Positions 28,728-39,353 of a DNA stretch of 64,000 nucleotides are shown here, piece after piece; the stretch's first letter is position 1, and each line of letters opens with the position of its first letter. The notes under the pieces are model-generated. The model saw nothing but the letters and a program-made list of their open reading frames with translations. It ran no database searches and was not told where the DNA came from. A program made the position numbers and the translations under genes. Source of the DNA: Escherichia phage ECP2301; the sequence record OR880646.1. One strand, written 5' to 3'.

Positions 28728-29687
28728 TCACTTCCACTGCATTTCGCATGCTAATTGAATGAAAAGATATGCTAAATGTAATTCAGTATTAGCCGCAATT
28801 CCATGATATTGGTTATTTTCACCAACAATTTCATACATACGAATAATACTTTGTGGAGTTACGCGTGTATAGATTTCTTCGGCAAGTTTACCTACGAACC
28901 ACGAATAATCAGCTGCATATTTTGGTGCTAAAGCTCTGAGCTGTTTAACATCTTTATTTTTGAGAGACTCAAGAACATCATCAATAGCACCACGATCGTT
29001 AGTAACCAGTGATAAAATACCAGCATCCAAAACACCTTTAGATGAATAACTATCGAGCTCACCAATAGTTTTACGAAAATCAGGAAAATTCTTTTTAACC
29101 AAAGCTGCTACAACTTTCATATCAGCTATAGCAATTCCTTCATGCTTGCAGATTTCAGTCAATCGACGAATCATCTGCTTCATCATTTCAATTTTATCTT
29201 CATCAGTCGGTTGACCGAATGTAATAACTCGGCAGCGTGACTGAAGCGGTTTAATAATACCATCAATATTGTTAGCAGTAATAATAATACTACAGTTTGA
29301 ACTATAAGCTTCCATAAAGGAACGAAGATGTCGCTGAGACTCTGCTAACCCTGAACGGTCAAATTCATCAATAACGATTACTTTTTGACGACCATCAAAT
29401 GAAGCTGCACTAGCAAAATTAGTCAAAGGACCACGAACGAAATCAATTTTACAATCTGACCCATTCACAAACATCATATCAGCATTTACATCATGACACA
29501 ATGCTTTTGCTACAGTTGTTTTACCTGTTCCTGGAGAAGGAGAATGAAGAATAATATGTGGAATTTTACCTTTACTTGTAATAGATTTAAAGGTTTCTTT
29601 ATCAAAGGCGGGAAGAATACATTCATCGATAGTAGATGGACGATATTTCTGTTCAAGAATGTGTTCTTTTTCATTTACAGTAATCAT
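28728..29687 (-). CDS. 44: clamp loader large subunit (AAA+), 319 aa
   Basis: Walker A GTGKTT; track start is TTG, ATG at 29687 (MITVNEKEH...) gives 319 aa. Confidence 0.9.
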   Translation of the reverse strand: MITVNEKEHILEQKYRPSTIDECILPAFDKETFKSITSKGKIPHIILHSPSPGTGKTTVAKALCHDVNADMMFVNGSDCKIDFVRGPLTNFASAASFDGRQKVIVIDEFDRSGLAESQRHLRSFMEAYSSNCSIIITANNIDGIIKPLQSRCRVITFGQPTDEDKIEMMKQMIRRLTEICKHEGIAIADMKVVAALVKKNFPDFRKTIGELDSYSSKGVLDAGILSLVTNDRGAIDDVLESLKNKDVKQLRALAPKYAADYSWFVGKLAEEIYTRVTPQSIIRMYEIVGENNQYHGIAANTELHLAYLFIQLACEMQWK

Positions 29688-29717
29688 AATTTCCTCATTC
29701 AAGTTTTAGTGTAAATT

Positions 29718-29735
29718 TAAGGGCCGAAGCCCTTT
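29718..29735 (-). other. UUCG-tetraloop stem-loop between gene 45 and gene 44
   Basis: GGGC-UUCG-GCCC in the 45-44 intergenic space. Confidence 0.4.
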
Positions 29736-29736
29736 A

Positions 29737-30423
29737 TTAAAAATCGTGGGTAGAATCAGCTTCAAGAGCTACTACATAATTCGCATGTTCACCTTCAAAT
29801 TTAGCAGCACCTTGTTTACCTTTTGCCCAAAGCAGAAGTTTATAATTTCCTGGTTGCATTTTCATATTTGCCATATTGATAATGAAATTAAATGTATTTT
29901 CACCATCATAATCACCAAGAGTCAAAGAATATTTAACACGGGTCAAAGCAGAATCTTCTACTTTATTAAAACCGTTAATTACGATTTTACCTTCTTTTAC
30001 TGTGATAGCAATTGTATCAATCTGCAGACCGCGAGATACACGCAACAGCTGCTGAAGGTCTTCAGCTTTAATTTCAGTAACAACAGATGCTACCGGGAAT
30101 GGAATTGGTTTATTAGGAGCAACTACTGTACTCGGATCAGCTGCTGGCCAAAAAATTGTTGAACGAGCATCAGCAATTTTAATATTTCCATCTTCTGACT
30201 GGGAAATTTCTGCATCGTCATTAACTAGGGACAGAATACCGAGAAAACCGTTCAAATCGTAAATTGCTACATCAAAATCAATAGTGTCAGAAATATTTGC
30301 TTCCGCATAAGTTGTACCATTAACTGCGCGAGTCATAATAAATTGACCAGATTTAAGCATAATGCCAGAGTTAATAGTAGCGAAATTTTTAAGCAGAGCA
30401 GTAGTATCTTTAGACAGTTTCAT
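29737..30423 (-). CDS. 45: sliding clamp, 228 aa
   Basis: 228 aa; position upstream of 44/62. Confidence 0.9.
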   Translation of the reverse strand: MKLSKDTTALLKNFATINSGIMLKSGQFIMTRAVNGTTYAEANISDTIDFDVAIYDLNGFLGILSLVNDDAEISQSEDGNIKIADARSTIFWPAADPSTVVAPNKPIPFPVASVVTEIKAEDLQQLLRVSRGLQIDTIAITVKEGKIVINGFNKVEDSALTRVKYSLTLGDYDGENTFNFIINMANMKMQPGNYKLLLWAKGKQGAAKFEGEHANYVVALEADSTHDF

Positions 30424-30478
30424 GTAATTTCCTTCAATTCAAATGAGATTTAATTTTATAACTAATTTAATAAAGCAA

Positions 30479-30868
30479 TTAACGATTAAAATCAGCAGCA
30501 ATTGTTTCCGCAACAATTTGAGCAGCGACAATTAGGCGTTCATCTGCATTACCACAATAATCATCTTCAAGGCGTTCACCACATGAAGTCATAATAAATT
30601 TAGCACCAGCATTTAAAGATTCTGTCGTATGTTTGCGCATTAGTTCAATCCATTTATTACTTACTTCACGATCGATAGCTTCATAATACGCATGACGAGC
30701 AGGTGCAGATTTAATTTTGTTCTGAATAACTTCCATTGCGTTATCAGAAAGAGACAAAACCCATGCTCGACGAATTTTATTTTGGTTTTGTGGATTTGAT
30801 TCAGAACGCACGTGTTTTGGCTGAATATCTTTTACATCAACAGTATAATTCACAGTAATTTTAGTCAT
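30479..30868 (-). CDS. rpbA: RNA polymerase binding protein RpbA-like, 129 aa
   Basis: Size and position between gene 45 and gene 46; assigned by synteny. Confidence 0.55.
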
Positions 30869-30877
30869 AATACACCT

Positions 30878-31066
30878 TTAGTCATAATAATCAGTAACAG
30901 TCCAAGCTTCATTTCTGTTGGACATTATTTTCGTATATTCTGCTTTAAATGCATTCTTAAGCATAGATTCAGTAACTATATGCTCTTCATTAGAAAAATT
31001 ATTTCTCAGAATATATCGTTTTATTTCAGGAATAGTTAATAGATGCTGTCCAGTTGAATATTCCAT
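30878..31066 (-). CDS. hypothetical protein, 62 aa
   Basis: ORF with GGAGGA SD; middle-promoter-like motif upstream. Confidence 0.5.
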   Translation of the reverse strand: MEYSTGQHLLTIPEIKRYILRNNFSNEEHIVTESMLKNAFKAEYTKIMSNRNEAWTVTDYYD

Positions 31067-31083
31067 GTTTTTCCTCCATAGAG

Positions 31084-31107
31084 ATTATACTCTAATAAAT
31101 TAAAGCA
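31084..31107 (-). promoter_or_regulatory. candidate MotA-dependent middle promoter (MotA box TGCTTTA about 11 bp upstream of -10 TATAAT)
   Basis: Minus strand TGCTTTA...TATAAT immediately upstream of the GGAGGA SD of the 30878..31066 ORF. Confidence 0.45.
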
Positions 31108-31121
31108 TAATCTCTTATAAA

Positions 31122-32804
31122 TTAAACCATTACAGTAAATCGACCAACTTTCTTCATTTGAAGATGCTGACCATATTCTTGCGGGTCATGGTCTTTATGT
31201 GAAATTATAAAAACATTAGTATTTTTCATTGAATTTATAATATTAGCTACACCTTTAATACCTTCGGCATCAAATGACCCATCAAACACTTCATCAAGAA
31301 TTAATGTACTAATACTAACACCAGATACGATAGAAGCAATATCACGCCAAGTAAATAAAAGAGCAATATCGATTCGTGCTTTTTCACCTTCACTAAATGA
31401 AGCATAACTAAAATCTTCACGACCGCGGGATTTAATTGTCTCATTAAATTCTTCATCTAATGTAAACACATAATCCGCTTCCATTATTTTAAGATAATGG
31501 TTAATCTGCTTATTAAATAATGGAATGTACTTTTTAATAATAGCACCTTTAATACCAGAATCTTTGAGCATATCAGTCAAAATTCCTCTGTGGTATTTTT
31601 CCATTACTAAATTAGTTTTTGTCTTAACAATTTTATCAAGTTCTTCTTGAAGCAGTGCTATTTCATCAGCATGGTCAATAAACTCGGATGATGCTTTTTC
31701 TATAGCCGCTTTAACTTTTTTAGCTTTATCTACCGTCGTGATTAGAGATTGCTTTTTATTGCGAATATCATTTGCCAACGTCTGTTGGGTTTTAATATTA
31801 TCTCGGTATTCATCAACGAGAACTTTTAAATTATCACGATGTGTTGAAAGCTGTTCAAAAGAATGCGTGCATTCAGAAACTTTATCTTTAATTTTAGAAA
31901 CAACTTTATCGCCGGAACTTAATTGTGACAAACAGGCTGGACATAATCCACCTTCGTGATACATATTAATGACTTTATTATACGAGTCAATTTTTGATTT
32001 AATTAAAAATGCTTCTTGACCGATTTTATTAAATGCATCAGTCGGGTCTTCATCCAAAACAATATTAACTAATCTTTCATTAGCTTCTTCTATTTCCGAT
32101 TTTAACGTTCTAGCTTCTTTTGCCAAATCATCATACATATTCTGCAGACGAGTAAGGTTATCACCAGTTAATTTTTTCTGGCGTTCAACGTTATCATTAT
32201 ATATTTTAATTTGTTGGATAATACTATCTTTTTTAACATCAAGCACTTGGTTTTGTGAATTTAATTCACGTATTAGTGCTTTATTAAGCTTATCCATTTC
32301 AGCTAATGTTCCTACCTCGAGCAGGTCTTCCACAAGCTTTCTTCGTGCAGGGGTCGACAAACCCATGAAAGGGGTATACCCTGCTGTACCAAGGACAACA
32401 ATCTGCTTGAAACTGGCATATGACATTCCGATAAGCTGTTCAAATTCTGCTTGGAAATCTTTACTGCTGGCAGATTCATTAAGACGTGTACCGTTAACGG
32501 TGATTTCGAAAACGTTTGGTTTTTGTCCTCTTTTGATATAGTACTTTTTCTCATCATATTCCATCCACAATTCAACTAAAAGTTCTTTCTTATTCGTGCT
32601 GTTTATTAATTGACCTTTCTTTACATCACGGAATGGCTTGCCAAAAAGCCCAAATGTGATGGCTTCTAACATAGTAGACTTACCACCGCCATTTCGTCCA
32701 GTAATAAGAGTTTTTTGAACCTTATCTAGTTGAATGTCAATAGGATTTCCACCTACTGACATTATATTTTGATACCTAACTCGGTTTAGTTTAAAATTCT
32801 TCAC
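31122..32804 (-). CDS. 46: recombination endonuclease subunit (Rad50/SbcC-like ATPase), 560 aa
   Basis: Walker A GRNGGGKST, central coiled coil with CPAC zinc hook, C-terminal signature; 560 aa. Confidence 0.92.
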   Translation of the reverse strand: MKNFKLNRVRYQNIMSVGGNPIDIQLDKVQKTLITGRNGGGKSTMLEAITFGLFGKPFRDVKKGQLINSTNKKELLVELWMEYDEKKYYIKRGQKPNVFEITVNGTRLNESASSKDFQAEFEQLIGMSYASFKQIVVLGTAGYTPFMGLSTPARRKLVEDLLEVGTLAEMDKLNKALIRELNSQNQVLDVKKDSIIQQIKIYNDNVERQKKLTGDNLTRLQNMYDDLAKEARTLKSEIEEANERLVNIVLDEDPTDAFNKIGQEAFLIKSKIDSYNKVINMYHEGGLCPACLSQLSSGDKVVSKIKDKVSECTHSFEQLSTHRDNLKVLVDEYRDNIKTQQTLANDIRNKKQSLITTVDKAKKVKAAIEKASSEFIDHADEIALLQEELDKIVKTKTNLVMEKYHRGILTDMLKDSGIKGAIIKKYIPLFNKQINHYLKIMEADYVFTLDEEFNETIKSRGREDFSYASFSEGEKARIDIALLFTWRDIASIVSGVSISTLILDEVFDGSFDAEGIKGVANIINSMKNTNVFIISHKDHDPQEYGQHLQMKKVGRFTVMV

Positions 32805-33064
32805 AAAAGATTCCTTTTAATGTATCTTTTAGACCATTCTATCATATCATCATAATCTAAAAAGTATTCATCAAATTCAGCCATGCAAACAACGCCTTGT
32901 GCTGCTTTTGATGTGATATAAATTATTCCAACATATCTAGAATCTTCTTCGGTGTAATCAATATTTGCTACGAATTCATCGTTAATGTCAAATGTCGAAA
33001 ACTTCACAGTATGCATCCTTAATACAAGATACAGCCATATCTTGTAATGATTTAGGTGTATCAT
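32801..33064 (-). CDS. hypothetical protein, 87 aa
   Basis: ORF; overlaps next ORF, start uncertain. Confidence 0.4.
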   Translation of the reverse strand: MIHLNHYKIWLYLVLRMHTVKFSTFDINDEFVANIDYTEEDSRYVGIIYITSKAAQGVVCMAEFDEYFLDYDDMIEWSKRYIKRNLL

Positions 33065-33251
33065 TATCTAAAATGTTGAAGTTAAAAGATACAGCCCAGT
33101 CAGTGCAGACCGTAACCTTTTTAATACAATTATCTTCAACCTCTAGCGGTTCAAACCAATATTCAATAATTTCTTTATGCCCAATATCATCTTTTACTTC
33201 GCATTCAAAATGCTGACTCATCATAACATTTTTAAATTCATCAAAAGTCAT
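32988..33251 (-). CDS. hypothetical protein, 87 aa
   Basis: ORF, ATG start overlapping gene 47 stop. Confidence 0.4.
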   Translation of the reverse strand: MTFDEFKNVMMSQHFECEVKDDIGHKEIIEYWFEPLEVEDNCIKKVTVCTDWAVSFNFNILDNDTPKSLQDMAVSCIKDAYCEVFDI

Positions 33252-34267
33252 TGTGTTGCCTCTACATATAACTGATTTGCATATTGAATAAGTGCTTCGC
33301 GGTCAGAATCAGTGATGTCTGGAATTGCATTAATGTATTCTTCCATCAACGTCTGAAGAGATTGAACTTCAACTTCTTCACTATCATCTGACTCGACAGA
33401 GTTATCAATCTTTGACACAACTCGTAATGAATGCACAACTTTTTCTAGTTCAGATTCGAACTTCGTTAGATTTTTGTCTACTTCAGTTACTATAACACGT
33501 ACTGATAGATTTGTAAAATCTTTATAGTCAATTTTTCCCTTAAATGGATATTGAATTCGACGATGCCAGGTGGTGTTGTTTGGAATAAATTCCATTCGTT
33601 CTGTTTCTGTATCAAACATCCAGAACCCACGAGGGTCATTCTCGTCACCTGCAGTTAGTGTCCATGGTGTCCCAATATATCTGACGTTAGCAGCCTCAGA
33701 GATAGTATGGAAGTGACCAGACCACACCTCTTTATAAGTCTTAAGGAAATCAGGTTCAAGACCGTGAGATTTCATTCCTTTATAAAAATAAAATCCATTC
33801 AGTTCCCAGTGACCAACACAAAAAGAAGCAGATGAAGTTTTAATGTGTTCAAGAATTTCACCAGTATTTTCTTCACACATCCAAGGAATTAAATCAATCA
33901 AACATCCGTCAAAATCTACTGTAGTAGGCTTATCATATACTTTAACATTAGGATATTTAGCCAAAAGTTCAGTAGAAGCATTTGGAGTTAAAGTATTTTT
34001 AAAGTGCATATCATGGTTTCCTACAACAGTATGTAGGGTAATACCAGCATCATCAAGCATTTGAACTATTTCACGAGCGAACTCCATAGTTTTATGCGTG
34101 ATTGCTTTTCGCACATCAAAAATATCGCCGTATTGAATCCATACAGTAATTCCATTTTTCTTAGAATATTCTATTGCTTGTTTAATTCCATCCAACTGAA
34201 TAGATTGAACCCACTCATCATCGGCTTTAACACCTAAATGCCAATCACCTAAATTTAAAATTTTCAT
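33248..34267 (-). CDS. 47: recombination endonuclease subunit (Mre11/SbcD-like phosphoesterase), 339 aa
   Basis: Calcineurin-like motifs (GDWH, GNHD, GHxH); 339 aa. Confidence 0.92.
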   Translation of the reverse strand: MKILNLGDWHLGVKADDEWVQSIQLDGIKQAIEYSKKNGITVWIQYGDIFDVRKAITHKTMEFAREIVQMLDDAGITLHTVVGNHDMHFKNTLTPNASTELLAKYPNVKVYDKPTTVDFDGCLIDLIPWMCEENTGEILEHIKTSSASFCVGHWELNGFYFYKGMKSHGLEPDFLKTYKEVWSGHFHTISEAANVRYIGTPWTLTAGDENDPRGFWMFDTETERMEFIPNNTTWHRRIQYPFKGKIDYKDFTNLSVRVIVTEVDKNLTKFESELEKVVHSLRVVSKIDNSVESDDSEEVEVQSLQTLMEEYINAIPDITDSDREALIQYANQLYVEATQ

Positions 34268-34443
34268 ATATCAAGAACCGTCATTGAAATGCAAAATAAA
34301 ATTATTGAAATAAATCCGTCCGGAGTGCTAAAGAACCCAATCCAACATGCTCTGGTGAACAGATAAAACGCTAGAAAAAGTATCACATATCCAAGAAATA
34401 TCATTATATCAAACTCCGTATAAAGCTAAAGGGCCGAAGCCCT

Positions 34444-35646
34444 TTATTTTGTAATAATGTCAAACTGTTCTTTAAAGCAGAAGCTTGAATCTTGATGCTG
34501 ATACAAAAATTCATAAGCTTTTTCGCGTTCACGGTCATAAAGAGTTCGGTCAGATGACAGTTCTTTAATACGCTCAAATGTTGATTCCATGTCATTTTCA
34601 TCAAACCAAACGATACCGCTATCATGAGAAATTAACGGAGTATTATCAACGCGGAATTTTAAATTTTCGCCAGTAGATTTCCAAAATACTGGAATTGTTC
34701 CGCATGCACCAAGCTCGAGATGAGTATATTCTAAAGAACGTTGTAGATATTTTTTGTCCAACTTACTCAGCTGATAACCAAATCCAGATTTACTCATGCG
34801 TTCAAGCATTTCGCTATTTACATAACGGTCAAGAATTTGCGTTGGCAAATTAGGAGCAATTTTAATTTGGTCTACTTGATGAAGACGATAATACTCGTAT
34901 GGAATTCCTTTTTCTTTAATAGGAATGAACGCTGGAGAACGTTCCAGACCTTCCATAATAGTACTTAGTCCTGCAGGTTTAAGATGTTTTTCGTGAAAAT
35001 CAAACATCTGATAAAAACCTTTCCATGTAGTCGTACGACCAATCCAACGGTTGACATTCATGTTAATTTCAGAAACATCTTTCCAGTAGTTTGATCGAAC
35101 CTTCGCAATATCCATAGGAGGCTGAAAGTTGTATACAGTCGGTGCTTCTTCAATATCATCAAACAGAGAAACCGTTTCTGGATACCATTCTTTCATCAAA
35201 ACTTTATTAAAATCGCCATTATCAGAATGACTAAAAATAACATCAGCTCGACGAACAGTTTCTTCTAATCCCAAATTTCGGCGTAAAGAAAGAGAAGAAT
35301 GGTCATGTTGATAAACTACAACACGAACTGAAGGTTTAATGTTATCAATAATTTTTTTATAGTTATTAATAGTGTCTTCTTCGACTGAAGTAGCAGGAAC
35401 TGAATTGATAATTAGAATATCACAATCATTTACCAGCTTAAGTGTTTTATCGTATTCTTTTGCCAATAAAACCGGAATTGAAAATGATTTATAATCATGC
35501 GCGCAATTACGAGTAAATGATTTATCTTTAGCATAAACCAAAATTACTTCATGACCATTTTTAATAAACCAATCACGCTGCTCGAGAGAAAATTTAGTTA
35601 CACCGCAACCTTCAAGACCTCGAGCCATAAAAATGCATACTTTCAT
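34444..35646 (-). CDS. a-gt: DNA alpha-glucosyltransferase, 400 aa
   Basis: 400 aa; position between gene 47 and gene 55 region. Confidence 0.88.
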   Translation of the reverse strand: MKVCIFMARGLEGCGVTKFSLEQRDWFIKNGHEVILVYAKDKSFTRNCAHDYKSFSIPVLLAKEYDKTLKLVNDCDILIINSVPATSVEEDTINNYKKIIDNIKPSVRVVVYQHDHSSLSLRRNLGLEETVRRADVIFSHSDNGDFNKVLMKEWYPETVSLFDDIEEAPTVYNFQPPMDIAKVRSNYWKDVSEINMNVNRWIGRTTTWKGFYQMFDFHEKHLKPAGLSTIMEGLERSPAFIPIKEKGIPYEYYRLHQVDQIKIAPNLPTQILDRYVNSEMLERMSKSGFGYQLSKLDKKYLQRSLEYTHLELGACGTIPVFWKSTGENLKFRVDNTPLISHDSGIVWFDENDMESTFERIKELSSDRTLYDREREKAYEFLYQHQDSSFCFKEQFDIITK

Positions 35647-35889
35647 TTAATATCCTCATTGTTTTGGTTTATTTTACCAAAAATTTATAAAGCAATATAG
35701 GAGCCGAAGCTCCTATCCGCATAATACACCATACAGAGGCTCATTAGAGCTTCTAAATTTTATACGCTTATATGTTATAGTTCCTTCTGCTTTAGCTTTA
35801 TCATGAGACGCTTTAAAGCGTCTCATCATTTCTACTTTAGAGGAACGAATTTTATTATAATCTATTTCAGAAGTCTGGGTGTTCATCTT

Positions 35890-36093
35890 TCACAGCTGCC
35901 ACCATTTTTTGACTTGATAAGAATCAACCCACACTTTCATATTAGGGTCTGCTCTTACAATAGGAGGATTAACTTCTTTAATTGAACTATCATGGTATTC
36001 TTTTTCAGAAATTTTCACACAAAGATGACCATTCAAAGATTCAGTAAATCCTGCATTAATTTTAAGACGCTTGAATTTTACGTGTGTAAGCAT
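35890..36093 (-). CDS. hypothetical protein, 67 aa
   Basis: ORF; start moved to ATG. Confidence 0.35.
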   Translation of the reverse strand: MLTHVKFKRLKINAGFTESLNGHLCVKISEKEYHDSSIKEVNPPIVRADPNMKVWVDSYQVKKWWQL

Positions 36094-36379
36094 CAATCAT
36101 ATCCTCAATCTGCGATCTAGTAGTCTTCCAAAGAATACTAATGAGTTCATCGTTATATGGCTGTTTTAGAATATCCCGACTTTTCTTGATAGCATATTCG
36201 TATTGAGCAAAATTATTGTTTTCAGCTGCAATCTGAGCGTGCTTATAAAGACGGTTCAGTTCGCGTTTGTTTTTAGACAATAACTTATTTGCTTTTCTTT
36301 CTGCTTCAAGACGGTTCTTTTCTTCAATAGAAGAAATAAGCTTTTCCACTTCATCATTAATTTCGGGTTTATCAGTCAT
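36062..36379 (-). CDS. hypothetical coiled-coil protein, 105 aa
   Basis: ORF, ATG start. Confidence 0.45.
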   Translation of the reverse strand: MTDKPEINDEVEKLISSIEEKNRLEAERKANKLLSKNKRELNRLYKHAQIAAENNNFAQYEYAIKKSRDILKQPYNDELISILWKTTRSQIEDMIDAYTRKIQAS

Positions 36380-36380
36380 A

Positions 36381-36599
36381 TTATTTCTCTAATATAAAAT
36401 AAAAATCATCATCTGTTAAATGATACCGATAGTTTAATTCTACACCATTAGATTTAAAAGCGGTATCATACGGATTTTCTGGATCAATATCAATGTCAAG
36501 AGCTAAAACTTCCCTGAGATACATTTTAAGTAAATAGGGAATAGCTTCAACTTCAGGTATTTCTTCCAAGAATCCGGAGAGGTTAATCGTTAGCCTCAT
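36381..36599 (-). CDS. hypothetical protein, 72 aa
   Basis: ORF, ATG start. Confidence 0.45.
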
Positions 36600-37140
36600 A
36601 TAAAAAATCCAAACTAGGAGAATCGTCTACAACACTTTTCTTTTCAGCCCCCGGTGTTCTATAGGTTGATTCTTCGTAATGCGTCATTTTATCGTAGATG
36701 TCTTGAATAAAAGTTTCATCTACTAACGCAACCATATCGTCGTCACGACTGTCATAGACATTGTGAACGAAGTAACTGTATTTCTTTGCAACTTCCTTAC
36801 GTTCTTTTTTAATACGTTGGACGAATGCATTAAAACAAGCTTGAGTTATATATGCATGTGGGTTTTTATATTTCGTTTCATCAAAATTATGAAGCCCCTT
36901 AATAGAAGCTTCTATACCATCTGCAATCATTTCTTGTTTCCAGGATTGGGTGTATCCTGAAAAGTTGAAACGTTTAGATAAGCCTTCTGCAATAAGCATA
37001 ATGGCCAATCCGATAGTATCATTCTGACGAACTACTTTATTTGGGTCTTTATTATTTGCTAATTCTGTTTTCCAATCAATAATAGCTTGTAAAAGCTCTT
37101 TATTGTTTACGTAATTATATTTAGGCTTAGTTTCTGACAT
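36583..37140 (-). CDS. 55: late-transcription sigma factor, 185 aa
   Basis: Track start is GTG; ATG at 37140 ([10 protein letters not shown]...) gives 185 aa. Confidence 0.88.
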
Positions 37141-37218
37141 TTTCACCTCTTAGCTCAATTCATAGATCTATTATATCATAATATTTGAAGATCTATCTTA
37201 AAGCATAGAGGATATCAG

Positions 37219-37488
37219 TTATCTAAGTAAGCAGTATGCTTGGAACACTTTTTCCATCATCTTTTTAAATTCATGAATATCTATATAATGACTAGTTAAA
37301 TCAGCATGATATAAAAAGTCTAAAAACTTTTCATGTGTGCTAGCATATTCACTTTCATTTAATTCAGAAACATGGCTTTCCCAATATCCAACACCAGTCT
37401 TATTTGGGAAAAATGAAATTTTCATGTATTGATCAACATAGAAAATGCCATAATTTTCAATAGTAATAGAAATATTAATAAATTTCAT
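37219..37488 (-). CDS. hypothetical protein, 89 aa
   Basis: ORF, ATG start. Confidence 0.4.
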   Translation of the reverse strand: MKFINISITIENYGIFYVDQYMKISFFPNKTGVGYWESHVSELNESEYASTHEKFLDFLYHADLTSHYIDIHEFKKMMEKVFQAYCLLR

Positions 37489-37706
37489 ACATTCATCAAC
37501 TTAGCCGCTTCAAGAGCTGCATCTAGTGAATCAAACTGGTCAACGTATTCAATCAATTCGCCATAATTAGCGTATAACCACCATTGGCTAAATTCATACT
37601 CAAGGATGAATCCATTTCCTTCAATTTGAGTTAAACCAATGCCGTTTGTATTTACTTCATATCCGGCAAGACGCAAATCGTTAATAAGAGCTTCGTTCAT
37701 ATTCAT
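37485..37706 (-). CDS. hypothetical protein, 73 aa
   Basis: ORF, ATG start. Confidence 0.4.
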   Translation of the reverse strand: MNMNEALINDLRLAGYEVNTNGIGLTQIEGNGFILEYEFSQWWLYANYGELIEYVDQFDSLDAALEAAKLMNV

Positions 37707-38029
37707 ACCTTAGCAATTTTCAGGTCAGCAAATTTTTTCTTGCGTTGATTTTTCATACGACGAATAGTTTTATCGGAAATTTCATGCTTTTGATAAGCTT
37801 TAGATTCTACACCAAAAGCTTTAACATCAAATTCTGACAAGATATATTGAACCAACAATTCACGAACAGTATTGCGTCCAATCTTCTGATCATTCTGTTT
37901 CATCGTCTGATGAAGCTCTTTTTCCCATTTATCCAAAATTTGAGGAGTTACAATATCGCCTTTTTCTAGCAAAGAAACTACTTTATCATATGCATAAGAA
38001 TTGATGGCGTTTTTAATTTGAATAGTCAT
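37703..38029 (-). CDS. hypothetical basic protein, 108 aa
   Basis: ORF, ATG start. Confidence 0.45.
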   Translation of the reverse strand: MTIQIKNAINSYAYDKVVSLLEKGDIVTPQILDKWEKELHQTMKQNDQKIGRNTVRELLVQYILSEFDVKAFGVESKAYQKHEISDKTIRRMKNQRKKKFADLKIAKV

Positions 38030-38061
38030 ACATTATCCTCAATTGCGTTAAAATTTTATTA

Positions 38062-38081
38062 TCCAAAAAGGGCCGAAGCCC
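38062..38081 (-). terminator. intrinsic terminator-like hairpin (GGGC-UUCG-GCCC, U5)
   Basis: Abuts stop codon of 38082..38282. Confidence 0.5.
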
Positions 38082-38282
38082 TTAGCTAAACTGTTTGGCA
38101 CCCTTCCAGCCTTCGTACATCATTGCGGCTGATATTAATATTGCTCCTGCGCATTTTGAATATTTGTGATTCCAAAACCAGTTTAGAAAAACTTCGTCAT
38201 CAATACCCTGGGCTATCATATTTTCAAAGAACTGGCGACGAGCTTCAGCAATTCGTTGCGATAATTTAGATTCAGGATTCAT
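38082..38282 (-). CDS. hypothetical protein, 66 aa
   Basis: ORF; terminator hairpin abuts stop. Confidence 0.4.
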   Translation of the reverse strand: MNPESKLSQRIAEARRQFFENMIAQGIDDEVFLNWFWNHKYSKCAGAILISAAMMYEGWKGAKQFS

Positions 38283-38414
38283 TTAAATTTTCCAATTACC
38301 ATTTTCATCAATAAATTTAATCCAGTCATTTACTGACCACTTGGTCGTATCGCCTTTTGGAGCAACATTTAAAGTATATAATCCCTGTTTAAAAAGCATG
38401 CGTTTGATATTCAT
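38283..38414 (-). CDS. hypothetical small protein, 43 aa
   Basis: ATG with GAGGAAAA SD; track ORF extended upstream. Confidence 0.3.
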   Translation of the reverse strand: MNIKRMLFKQGLYTLNVAPKGDTTKWSVNDWIKFIDENGNWKI

Positions 38415-38421
38415 ATTTTCC

Positions 38422-38715
38422 TCAGCTATAACGATAACACTCGTTTGATTTGCGCTTAGCAACTCGTTGAGAAGTATTATAATCAAAATCATCATCAATG
38501 TAAACTGATTTTTTCAACTTTCTTACTTCACCGCGTAATTGGCGATTTAGCTCATCTTTAACTTCTGAATCAATGCCTTTCATTCTACGCCATTTATCAG
38601 AGCGAAAAATGTTTTCAACCATATCTTTATGACTTACACCATCAGGAGCTTTACGCTTTCCGAAATAGTCATAATCACGAACTTTTAAGTCTTTACGACG
38701 ATACGTTTTACCCAT
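38422..38715 (-). CDS. hypothetical basic protein, 97 aa
   Basis: Start moved to internal ATG. Confidence 0.4.
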   Translation of the reverse strand: MGKTYRRKDLKVRDYDYFGKRKAPDGVSHKDMVENIFRSDKWRRMKGIDSEVKDELNRQLRGEVRKLKKSVYIDDDFDYNTSQRVAKRKSNECYRYS

Positions 38716-38884
38716 GGAGTTTAATTTCCTTAGCAACTGAACTAAATACGGCACGATCACAAATCATCTGTTTATTCCATTTAAGTACAGTATAATGAAC
38801 ATCTAGATCATCTACTGCTGTAACAATAACAATATGTCCATTAACACGATAATACTGATCCCTTTTAATCTCTTTATCAACCAT
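38708..38884 (-). CDS. hypothetical protein, 58 aa
   Basis: Hand-translated, below track cutoff; GAGGA SD; stop overlaps next start. Confidence 0.35.
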   Translation of the reverse strand: MVDKEIKRDQYYRVNGHIVIVTAVDDLDVHYTVLKWNKQMICDRAVFSSVAKEIKLHG

Positions 38885-39042
38885 ATCAAATCCTCAAAGG
38901 CAATTCATATGTTAATAATACCACAGTTTGAACTTCTTGTAAACAACTTTGTGAAAATTATTTTAGGGAACGATAAGAAGGGAACGATAGCTTAGAATGG
39001 TAATATACAGAATGTGAGAAAGAAAGGCCCAGAGGGCCCGTC

Positions 39043-39351
39043 TTAATCTTCTATGATATCTCTATCATATCCAAGTGAAATGAGAGTTTCTTTGAAGTGT
39101 TTAATGTTCTTTTGTCTAGAATCATTGATGAAAATGACTGGATAACGAATGTTAAGAGATGTGAATCCAGCGCGTTTAGCAAGAGATACAATCAGTGGAC
39201 GATCATACTCAATCTTACCATTATTTGTAAGAACTTTATAGAAAGTAAAAGGAGCATTGAGCTCCTTTAGAAGTTTTGTAACTGATTGACATCCAGGACA
39301 ACGACCTACTTCATCTGGAATTCCATAGACTTCAATCTTGTTTTGTTTCAC
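39043..39351 (-). CDS. nrdH: glutaredoxin-like protein NrdH (CPGC active site), 102 aa
   Basis: CPGC motif, thioredoxin-fold length, adjacent to nrdG/nrdD. Confidence 0.7.
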   Translation of the reverse strand: MKQNKIEVYGIPDEVGRCPGCQSVTKLLKELNAPFTFYKVLTNNGKIEYDRPLIVSLAKRAGFTSLNIRYPVIFINDSRQKNIKHFKETLISLGYDRDIIED

Positions 39352-39353
39352 AA

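Noticed and set aside
35803-35985. Plus-strand 60-aa ORF upstream of alpha-gt
   Set aside because: Its ATG and first codons are produced by a perfect palindrome that reads the same on both strands; no SD; likely non-coding.
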